A stretch of 29,140 nt of DNA from positions 1 through 29,140 of IMG/VR virus record IMGVR_UViG_3300022925_001747; one strand, given 5' to 3'. The stretch comes from a virus. Lineage: Duplodnaviria; Caudoviricetes. Of this stretch, positions 9,362-15,912 are shown in pieces. A program made the position numbers and the translations under genes. Below the pieces are notes generated by a model. It did not search any database. It saw nothing but the letters and a program-made list of their open reading frames with translations, and had not been told where the DNA came from. The first letter of the stretch is position 1. The number at the start of each line of letters is the position of its first letter.

Positions 9362-9419
9362 GAGCAGGCAGTACACCTAGGGATAGACCCAATTTACGAA
9401 ATACCACTCGGGCCTGCTC
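9362..9419 (-). ncRNA. Putative structured RNA element upstream of tRNA-Glu
   Basis: 8-bp closing stem GAGCAGGC/GCCTGCTC, extendable past a CCG bulge (AGTG/TACT), with internal hairpin GGG-TCTAT-CCC; GC-rich in an AT-rich context. Confidence 0.45.
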
Positions 9420-9460
9420 TAAAACGGAGAGGGTTCTTATGTTTCATTCTCCTTGCTACT

Positions 9461-9489
9461 ATTATACTAAAATCGTATAATACTGTCAA
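9461..9489 (-). promoter_or_regulatory. Consensus sigma70 (early) promoter
   Basis: TTGACA-17 nt-TATAAT, perfect consensus. Confidence 0.9.
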
Positions 9490-9492
9490 CCA

Positions 9493-9750
9493 TTAAGCAA
9501 CTTCTAACATTGACAAAGGAACATTATAACGACCCTCTGGCAAAGTAACTATTGCTTTCTTGATGTTTACTTTTTCAACAATACCCAAAGTACGTTTAGT
9601 TTTTTGAACTACATACACTTTGTCACCTACGTTGATAGAAGCCTTAGCCTGAAGTGTCATTGTGCTTCTAGTAAAGTCAATTAGTGAAGTCAACTCATCG
9701 TGAGTGAATCCACCTCTTGCAATTTCTTGTTTGATTTGATTTAAATTCAT
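9493..9750 (-). CDS. Small hypothetical early protein (helical hairpin plus SH3/KOW-like beta domain)
   Basis: SD AGGAG, own sigma70 promoter, and INVGDKVYV...GIVEKVNIKKAIV...YNVPLSML pattern. Confidence 0.8.
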   Translation of the reverse strand: MNLNQIKQEIARGGFTHDELTSLIDFTRSTMTLQAKASINVGDKVYVVQKTKRTLGIVEKVNIKKAIVTLPEGRYNVPLSMLEVA

Positions 9751-9782
9751 TAATTACTCCTACTTAATTAAACTATACATAT

Positions 9783-9811
9783 ATTATACTAAATTAAGTA
9801 GGTAGTGTCAA
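9783..9811 (-). promoter_or_regulatory. Consensus sigma70 (early) promoter
   Basis: TTGACA-17 nt-TATAAT; shares GGTTGACA...TTTAGTATAATA with the promoter at 9461-9489. Confidence 0.9.
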
Positions 9812-9820
9812 CCGAATTAG

Positions 9821-9895
9821 TGGCGGTCCGACGGGGAATCGAACCCCGAACGCCGCCGTGACAGGGCGGAATTATAACCGTTTAACTACCGGACC
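9821..9895 (-). tRNA. tRNA-Asp(GTC)
   Basis: GGTCCGG acceptor stem, CCGCC-CTGTCAC-GGCGG anticodon arm, GTTCGATT T-loop, CCA. Confidence 0.95.
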
Positions 9896-9901
9896 GGTTA
9901 A

Positions 9902-9977
9902 TGGTGGAGCCACGGGGATTCGAACCCCGGACCTTCTGGTTGCAAACCAGACGTTCTCCCAACTGAACTATGGCCCC
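9902..9977 (-). tRNA. tRNA-Ala(TGC)
   Basis: GGGGCCA acceptor with G3:U70, TCTGG-TTTGCAA-CCAGA anticodon arm, GTTCGAAT T-loop, CCA. Confidence 0.95.
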
Positions 9978-9983
9978 TTAGAT

Positions 9984-10208
9984 TTATTTGATTGCTGTAT
10001 AACTATTAATTTTTTTAGCAACTCTGGCAGAGTTCTTAGCAATGTTCTTGCTAATTTGTTCTGCATTCTTTCTAATGTTAGCACTTATTTCTTGTGCATT
10101 TTTCATTACATTGTCACCAACATTGTTCCAATTAAATGAAGTGTCTGCTTTCTTTTTGCTTACTCTCTTCTTTGTTGTCTTTACTGTTGTTGTTTTTGCC
10201 TTTGGCAT
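9984..10208 (-). CDS. Small basic protein (74 aa) with 11-mer amphipathic repeats
   Basis: Likely start ATG 10208 after SD AGAGG (the ORF-track start lies inside tRNA-Thr). Repeats KNAQEISANIR/KNAEQISKNIA/KNSARVAKKIN. Confidence 0.8.
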   Translation of the reverse strand: MPKAKTTTVKTTKKRVSKKKADTSFNWNNVGDNVMKNAQEISANIRKNAEQISKNIAKNSARVAKKINSYTAIK

Positions 10209-10223
10209 AATGTGTCCTCTTAA

Positions 10224-10298
10224 TGGTGCTGAAGGAGGGAATCGAACCCCCAACCTACTGATTACAAATCAGTTGCTCTACCGTTGAGCCACTTCAGC
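10224..10298 (-). tRNA. tRNA-Thr(TGT)
   Basis: GCTGAAG acceptor stem, ACTGA-TTTGTAA-TCAGT anticodon arm, GTTCGATT T-loop, CCA. Confidence 0.95.
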
Positions 10299-10308
10299 AC
10301 TACTAGAT

Positions 10309-10316
10309 TATTTATA
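10309..10316 (-). promoter_or_regulatory. T4 late promoter consensus TATAAATA driving the tRNA cluster
   Basis: Exact TATAAATA 10 nt upstream of tRNA-Thr. Confidence 0.65.
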
Positions 10317-10347
10317 AATTAAAATATTACAGGCTAAATATTATGGT

Positions 10348-11022
10348 ATGAAGATATCAACACTTAGGGCAAACTTTAAATTTCCAAGAGGCTTTGTATT
10401 TTGTCGTAAAACTCATAAAATATATCTACCATTTGAAAGAGTAGGATCAAAGTTTGCTTTTCCTAAATTTGAAGAAATGTTTGAAGCACCTTGGAGTATG
10501 AATGATTATTACGATGAAAATCATTTGAATGCTAGGTGGGATATATTACTAAAGGGATTAGATGATATAGATGTTTATCCTGTAATGCTTACAAGATGTC
10601 CATACGAAAGATTTATTAGTGCATTTGAAGTTATAGTTTTAAAGGATCAGCATTGGCCCGAGAATTTATTTGATTTTAAAATTAGAAGACTCTATAATTT
10701 AAAACCATACCTTAACCTTGTGCCTTCTAATACTGAAAAAATCCTAGAAGCATTTGATTTGTTTACTAAAATTATATGCGAACATCAAATTGACTACAGT
10801 TTCACAAATCCTATAACAGAAAATTTTAAAGACCTCAATTTATTAAGTGAAATTCTAATAATTGATTTATACAAATTTACAGAAACATCACACAATAAAA
10901 CATATACCAAAGAAAAAATGTCTAAGATAACAAAGCAAGAATACTTTGCAAATCCTTTAACTAGAGAAATATTTTACAATAGATTTAAAGAAGACATAAC
11001 TAGGTTTGGCTACAGTCTATAA
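10348..11022 (+). CDS. Sulfotransferase family protein (divergent)
   Basis: YLPFERVGSK (5'-PSB-like), TRCPYERFISAF (3'-PB-like), C-terminal FKEDITRFGY. Confidence 0.65.
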   Translation: MKISTLRANFKFPRGFVFCRKTHKIYLPFERVGSKFAFPKFEEMFEAPWSMNDYYDENHLNARWDILLKGLDDIDVYPVMLTRCPYERFISAFEVIVLKDQHWPENLFDFKIRRLYNLKPYLNLVPSNTEKILEAFDLFTKIICEHQIDYSFTNPITENFKDLNLLSEILIIDLYKFTETSHNKTYTKEKMSKITKQEYFANPLTREIFYNRFKEDITRFGYSL

Positions 11023-11045
11023 CACAGTTATAAAGCAAATTTAAG

Positions 11046-11081
11046 ATAAATATTACTGTAACTACTTAGGAGTAACAGTAA
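11046..11081 (+). promoter_or_regulatory. Late-like promoter ATAAATA followed by an inverted repeat overlapping the SD
   Basis: ATAAATA at 11046-52; TTACTGT-A-ACT-(ACTTAGG)-AGT-A-ACAGTAA contains AGGAG. Confidence 0.55.
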
Positions 11082-11084
11082 CAA

Positions 11085-11252
11085 ATGGCTAATAAAACAC
11101 CATACGAAATTAGGTTAGAACTAATTCAAGAAGCAAGATTAATTTTACAAGCACAAAGTTCAAAACCTGAATTTATGCCTTCGACTGAAGATGTTGTTGC
11201 TGAAGCAGAAAAACTTAACGAGTTTGTTTCTAAAAAACCAGACGTTAGATAA
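11085..11252 (+). CDS. Small hypothetical phage protein (55 aa, MANKTPYEIRLELIQEA...AEKLNEFVS)
   Basis: Hand-translated, below the ORF-track cutoff. SD AGGAG; the KTPYEIRLEL...A-x-KLNxFVS pattern is one I recall from large phages. Confidence 0.8.
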   Translation: MANKTPYEIRLELIQEARLILQAQSSKPEFMPSTEDVVAEAEKLNEFVSKKPDVR

Positions 11253-11385
11253 TATCCTTTTTATTCTTTGCCTTTCGAGGAATCACCTTAGATTTATCTT
11301 TTTGAACTTTATGTCCATACGGAGTGTCGTGAGTAAACAACTCACGGTGTGCTCTAGACTTGGGTACTGACTTTTTCTTTTTCAT
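11245..11385 (-). CDS. Very basic 46-aa protein, ArfA-like candidate
   Basis: MKKKKSVPKSRAHRELFTHDTPYGHKVQKDKSKVIPRKAKNKKDII; preceded by both sigma70 and late motifs. Confidence 0.65.
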   Translation of the reverse strand: MKKKKSVPKSRAHRELFTHDTPYGHKVQKDKSKVIPRKAKNKKDII

Positions 11386-11390
11386 AACGG

Positions 11391-11423
11391 TATTTATTAT
11401 ACAGAAATAATTAGACTTGTCAA
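11391..11423 (-). promoter_or_regulatory. Overlapping sigma70 promoter (TTGACA-16-TATAAT) and late motif ATAAATA
   Basis: Minus strand TTGACAAGTCTAATTATTTCTGTATAATAAATACCGTTATG. Confidence 0.7.
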
Positions 11424-11561
11424 GAACAATAGTCCACTAATTGCACCTAAAAATAAAAGTGCTACAAGGAATGCAAATAGAATTATTCGAGAGGGTGTTA
11501 TTTTAAAAGGCTCGCCTGCTTTGCCTACGCCTATTACAGCCTTAAATGCTTCAACAATCAA
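11397..11561 (-). CDS. 54-aa membrane protein (DUF2970-like pattern)
   Basis: TTG start overlaps the upstream TGA; MIVEAFKAVIGVGK...PSRIILFAFLVALLFLGAISGLLFLTSLIISV. Confidence 0.65.
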   Translation of the reverse strand: MIVEAFKAVIGVGKAGEPFKITPSRIILFAFLVALLFLGAISGLLFLTSLIISV

Positions 11562-11746
11562 AACCAAATACTGTTTAACCAGAACACAGCCAACATCATA
11601 CCAAATGCACCTATCTGAACTATTGCTGGTATAACAACAAACATCTTCATAACATCGAAGTCGCCTGTCATAAAAAAGTCTTCACCGTTTTGCCAGTTGT
11701 GAACTTCTTCTGGTGTTGCTTCTGTATAGTTTTTAACTTCTTTCAT
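11558..11746 (-). CDS. 62-aa protein with a C-terminal transmembrane helix
   Basis: ORF track; starts within the tandem stops of the upstream micro-ORF (TAATAATG). Confidence 0.7.
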   Translation of the reverse strand: MKEVKNYTEATPEEVHNWQNGEDFFMTGDFDVMKMFVVIPAIVQIGAFGMMLAVFWLNSIWF

Positions 11747-11748
11747 TA

Positions 11749-11811
11749 TTATCTCTGTGGATGCCAGGGTTGTATCCAGTATTTAAAAAATACTCTTAGT
11801 AGTTTTTGCAT
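11749..11811 (-). CDS. 20-aa peptide MQKLLRVFFKYWIQPWHPQR
   Basis: Strong SD AGAGGAG, TAATG overlap with the upstream ORF, and fills the gap exactly. Confidence 0.55.
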   Translation of the reverse strand: MQKLLRVFFKYWIQPWHPQR

Positions 11812-11933
11812 TACATTTTCTCCTCTTGTACATAATATATTGTATTGATATCTCTTAATCCGCGAAGAACACCTGCTATGTTATCAGTTTGCGTTGCAAA
11901 AAGTAATAATACATAGCAAGCCAAGTTCTTCAT
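11811..11933 (-). CDS. 40-aa peptide MKNLACYVLLLFATQTDNIAGVLRGLRDINTIYYVQEEKM
   Basis: ATGA overlap upstream, TAATG overlap downstream; hydrophobic N-terminus. Confidence 0.55.
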   Translation of the reverse strand: MKNLACYVLLLFATQTDNIAGVLRGLRDINTIYYVQEEKM

Positions 11934-12055
11934 ACCTGCGGTACAACTCCACCGACTGCCAATAAAAAGATAGATACAAGGGTCACTAATTCGATTGAAT
12001 CACGTATAGATGTTGTTGTTACTGTTTTTAATTGTTTTTTTACTAACTCTGTCAT
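11930..12055 (-). CDS. 41-aa single-pass membrane peptide MTELVKKQLKTVTTTSIRDSIELVTLVSIFLLAVGGVVPQV
   Basis: First ORF after the late motif at 12173-80; weak SD (GAG); ATGA overlap with the next ORF. Confidence 0.6.
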   Translation of the reverse strand: MTELVKKQLKTVTTTSIRDSIELVTLVSIFLLAVGGVVPQV

Positions 12056-12139
12056 TTGTTTCTCATTGTTGCCCAAATCAAAACACTGACATTCTACCGA
12101 GTAGTAGTCTGAAAAATTGTATCTTGTAAGGGAAATACT

Positions 12140-12180
12140 ATATTACAATAACTTATAATGTAATATTAATTGTATTTATA
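12140..12180 (-). promoter_or_regulatory. Late promoter TATAAATA (12173-12180) followed by inverted repeat ATATTACA-N11-TGTAATAT (12140-12166)
   Basis: Both elements read directly from the sequence. Confidence 0.55.
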
Positions 12181-12205
12181 AAATGTTTTAAGATAAGGCC
12201 CGTAT

Positions 12206-13233
12206 TTAGGCAGTTTTTGATATCTGTATATCTGATAGGTTATTGCAATAGTCAAATGGACAAACCGTTCCACTTGGTTCAGGCATTTCAAAAGTGTCAT
12301 TGTAAACATTTCCATAATCTTTTGCACCACACCAACTGCTTTTGACATCACCTTTCATATCAATATTGAACTTTTCCATTCCAATACTACACTTCATACC
12401 TTTAAAGGTATTGAGTTTGTCATTACTATTTGATCCAACTCATAGTATAAGGTTTTGTCATCGTATTCAAATGTTATTAACCAATCACTTGGGTGTGGTT
12501 TAGGTGGAGGTGGAGCATTGGGGTCTGGTGGTGGAGCATCTGGATTCTCTAACCAACTTTGCTTTTGCATTATAAACAATTCGTCACTGGTATAATCATA
12601 AAAGTTCTGCCCCATTCTAGCATTTCTATTGTTTAATTCTTTTACCAGCATAGTTTTAACATTGATGTTTACATTCCAATAGTCTTGCGTACTTCCTTGT
12701 TTAAAACAATCTCGTATCAAATAACTTATTCTATCGCACTCGTGTACTTTGCCTTCTACTCCTGCTAAATGAAAACTACAATATATTGAATCTTTTATTT
12801 CCTCAACTACTTCTATCATATGATTGTAGTCCAGACTATCTATGTGGTAACTGTAAACTATTTCATCTATTAAATGTTTTGCTTCATTCCACCATCTAAC
12901 TGTTCTACTACCATTAGTAAACATAAATGTTGTAACGTTGTTGTAGTTTGTTTTAATATGGGATAGCAGTTCAAGTATACCAGGCATTACTGTTACTTCA
13001 CCGCCTATGAACTCTATAGTTATATGGTCTTTATGTTCTGCAAAGACAGGCAAGAACTTGTCAACTGCATCGATATATTCTTGTATTGGTCTCCAAGGAT
13101 AGGAACCATTATGCAATTCGCTAGGACAATATTCGCAACTAAAGTTACAACTGTTGCCCAAACTCCATTGAATTCGAATTGTGTGACTTGCGTCTTTACC
13201 TAAAGGACTTACTACTCTTTTAAGAATAGACAC
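12206..13233 (-). CDS. Radical SAM protein with C-terminal Cys-rich (twitch/SPASM-like) domain, split by a -1 frame change near 12400-12424
   Basis: CNFSCEYC, FIGGEVT and FTNGSR lie in 12394..13233; CSIG...GDV...WCG...CPFDYCNNLSD lies in 12206..12397. Adding one A gives NDKLNTFKGMKCSIG and 342 aa. Confidence 0.85.
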
Positions 13234-13239
13234 ATCTGC

Positions 13240-14865
13240 TTAAGGCTTCTGTTCCGCCGAATAAGTAAATGCGTGGAAGTTCCTTTCACTAAATGTACCA
13301 TCACCGTTATCAACTGTGTAGACTTCCTGAGCATTAATAACGTTTGAACTATTAACCTCAGAAACAAATATACCAATGTTAAAGTGTCTTGGGTAAGCAA
13401 CACCATTTGCATCTGTACCAATTAGTACAAAGTTATAAAGTGTATCTGCACTTATGCCTGACATTGAAGTTGAGTCTGCTGTAATTCTGTTGTTTGCACC
13501 ATCAAGTGTAAAGATGCTTGGTAAACTAGCATAACTGGCTGATGTTATAGTAACACCTGATCCAATATCTAAATCAATACTAACTGAATCTGTCTTTAAG
13601 AAGTTACCTAAAGATCCTGCAGGACTATTCCATACAGTTGCATAGTAACTATTTTCTAAATACACAATGTTATTAGGTGTAGTACTATATGTAGATTCAT
13701 CTCTGAATAGCATACCTGTTAGTGATTGTGAAACTAAGTAGTTTTTAATACTTTCTGAATCAAGTGTGCCATTCGAACTATTTTTTTCAATGGCTATAGC
13801 CGCCGCACCTGCTACAATGGCACAAGAACAACTTGTTCCACTTGATAGTCTATAGTCAGATGTAGTATTGTGTGTAGCAACTGTTACATTAACACCTGGA
13901 GCAAATAAATCTAATTGCTCACCATATGGGTTAAGTCCTGTTCCAGTTGAATCTGATCCTGGAGGAAAGTTAGTGAAAGATGTCATAGCATCTGTTTGGT
14001 CACTTGCGCCTACAGTAATAATAGTATCTAAACCTGCTGGGGAGAAGTCGTTTATGTCTTGTCCGTGGTTTCCAGCCGCCGCAACTATAACTGTGTTTTT
14101 ATTTGTTCTTAACCATTCGCACACATAATCAATTACGGGGGATTTGTTTGTGTACCAAGGTGTACAAATTACCTGGGGCAATGTTCTGTATCTGAACATT
14201 TCGTTGTTCAAAGAAACGTTTGAAAATCTAATAGTATTATCTGTAGTTGATAAGGCGTCCCACTCATTTTCAATATAAATAATTCTGCCTATTCTGTATG
14301 CTTCAATCTCATTAAAGCCTTCAACTATGTCTTTAAGGTCACCAATACCGTCTGCATCGTGAATCTTACAGTTATGTAAGTGTGCATCTCTGGCAACACC
14401 TACTGTCTCTCCAACAATCAAACTAGCCATTGCAGTACCGTGTCCTGTTGCGTCTTGATAGTCGCCAGTTAATGTTGTGTGAACATTTTTAATTGTTGCA
14501 TTAGCAAATTCGTCGTGGTCAGCATCGATACCGCCATCCATTAAATATACGTTTACGCCATCACCTGAATAGGTTGCGTCAAATTCTGTTCTTAAAGGTA
14601 AATTTCTAGTTACCAATCTTTGCAAATGCCAGTGACTTGTTGTTTCACTTGTTACAAATGAGTTTGCTGAAGTACCTTCTTTAAAATCAAATCCAGTTAA
14701 ACTATCTATACTATCAACATTGGCTGATGGAACATCAACTAATAGTAAGGATTTATTGTCTTCTGTCAGTTCATTATATCTTTTTGAGACTGTACCACCC
14801 AGTCCCGTGATTGCCGTATTGGCAGTATCGCCTGCCTGGTCAATTTTAACTATGAATTCTGCCAT
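13240..14865 (-). CDS. Subtilisin-like S8 serine protease with N-terminal propeptide and C-terminal beta-rich domain
   Basis: Catalytic triad VYLMDGGID, GHGTAMAS, SGTSCS; oxyanion AAAGN; ITVGAS and DLFAPG motifs; no signal peptide. Confidence 0.92.
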   Translation of the reverse strand: MAEFIVKIDQAGDTANTAITGLGGTVSKRYNELTEDNKSLLLVDVPSANVDSIDSLTGFDFKEGTSANSFVTSETTSHWHLQRLVTRNLPLRTEFDATYSGDGVNVYLMDGGIDADHDEFANATIKNVHTTLTGDYQDATGHGTAMASLIVGETVGVARDAHLHNCKIHDADGIGDLKDIVEGFNEIEAYRIGRIIYIENEWDALSTTDNTIRFSNVSLNNEMFRYRTLPQVICTPWYTNKSPVIDYVCEWLRTNKNTVIVAAAGNHGQDINDFSPAGLDTIITVGASDQTDAMTSFTNFPPGSDSTGTGLNPYGEQLDLFAPGVNVTVATHNTTSDYRLSSGTSCSCAIVAGAAAIAIEKNSSNGTLDSESIKNYLVSQSLTGMLFRDESTYSTTPNNIVYLENSYYATVWNSPAGSLGNFLKTDSVSIDLDIGSGVTITSASYASLPSIFTLDGANNRITADSTSMSGISADTLYNFVLIGTDANGVAYPRHFNIGIFVSEVNSSNVINAQEVYTVDNGDGTFSERNFHAFTYSAEQKP

Positions 14866-15911
14866 TCTTTTTCCCCGAGTTGTTTATATTCGTTTATAAT
14901 ATCTATTTCAAGTACAGGAATAGATATTATCTTTTCAAGATGTTTTCTAAATCTATTGTCAAAAACATCGTGTTGTTCATTATATTTATCTACATAGTAA
15001 CGTTTTACTCCTTCGAAGCCGGTATATTTGTTGCTTTTAGGAACTACATCAAACCCTCCTGCAGAGTAATAATGCTGTCTTTGTAAGTAAAACATCTGCA
15101 TTTGTAGGTAGTTTCCAGTTTTATTACTTTTTAATATATTGTAAACTGCATCATTTAATTCCACAGTATTTATGGATTTGTCTACTATCTCATCATTTAG
15201 TGTATTAACGTCAACCCTAGTTTTTTCATACAAGTCTCTGTACTTTAATAATGTTTTATCTACATTAGATAAATGTGTTTGTTTAATTGTTTTGTAAGTG
15301 CATAATGCTAAAGATGTGTTATAATAATGCAAGTTTCCTAAATCACAACCTTTATCACTAAAGAATAAATCATACACCATAGAATTGTTTTCTGGTACAA
15401 GTAATGGTTTTTCACTAAATTTACCTTGTTGACTCATTATTGGTGTAAAAAAGTTTCCTCCTATTGCTAAATCCTCTCCTATTATATCAAATAATTTTAA
15501 ATGTAAACATAATTGAGGACTAGTACATTTGTAAGCCGTTCCATAACTAATAAACTCACCGCTATCAAAAAAGTTAGCAAAGTTTATATCAATATATTGA
15601 TATGGTATGTCTAACTCTTCGCAAGTTTGTACGGCATATTGTATATCATAATCATTATAACATATACCGTTGTCCATCCATCTGCCTATCAAACATTTAA
15701 CTTTTTTGTGTTTGTGAAATAGTCTAAGCATTATATCACTGTCTAGTCCACCACTACAACATAATGTAATATTTTTATGACCACTAGTTGCTTCTAGTAT
15801 ATTGTCACTCCAACTTAAATCGTTAATTGTTTTATCTTTGAAATTATACATTACTCTATTTGTAATGTTATCTATCAGTATTGTTTTATCTTGATAATCT
15901 CGTTGTTCCAT
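14850..15911 (-). CDS. PP-loop adenine nucleotide alpha-hydrolase (asparagine-synthetase-like) protein
   Basis: LCCSGGLDSD PP-loop and C-terminal KYTGFE motif; likely start ATG 15911, just after the PAAR stop. Confidence 0.65.
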   Translation of the reverse strand: MEQRDYQDKTILIDNITNRVMYNFKDKTINDLSWSDNILEATSGHKNITLCCSGGLDSDIMLRLFHKHKKVKCLIGRWMDNGICYNDYDIQYAVQTCEELDIPYQYIDINFANFFDSGEFISYGTAYKCTSPQLCLHLKLFDIIGEDLAIGGNFFTPIMSQQGKFSEKPLLVPENNSMVYDLFFSDKGCDLGNLHYYNTSLALCTYKTIKQTHLSNVDKTLLKYRDLYEKTRVDVNTLNDEIVDKSINTVELNDAVYNILKSNKTGNYLQMQMFYLQRQHYYSAGGFDVVPKSNKYTGFEGVKRYYVDKYNEQHDVFDNRFRKHLEKIISIPVLEIDIINEYKQLGEKEWQNS

Positions 15912-15912
15912 A

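Noticed and set aside
9362-9419. Hammerhead ribozyme or fifth tRNA
   Set aside because: No CUGANGA core on either strand; no T-loop, anticodon arm or CCA.
9394-9447. 17-aa ORF MKHKNPLRFRAGPSGIS after AAGGAG
   Set aside because: SD is only 1 nt from ATG and is paired in a hairpin; the region is better explained as structured RNA, though translation is not excluded.
9101-10287. ORFs 9101..9286, 9195..9407, 9858..10139, 10042..10287 and the 5' extension of 9984..10253
   Set aside because: They overlap clear tRNA genes or the terminator.
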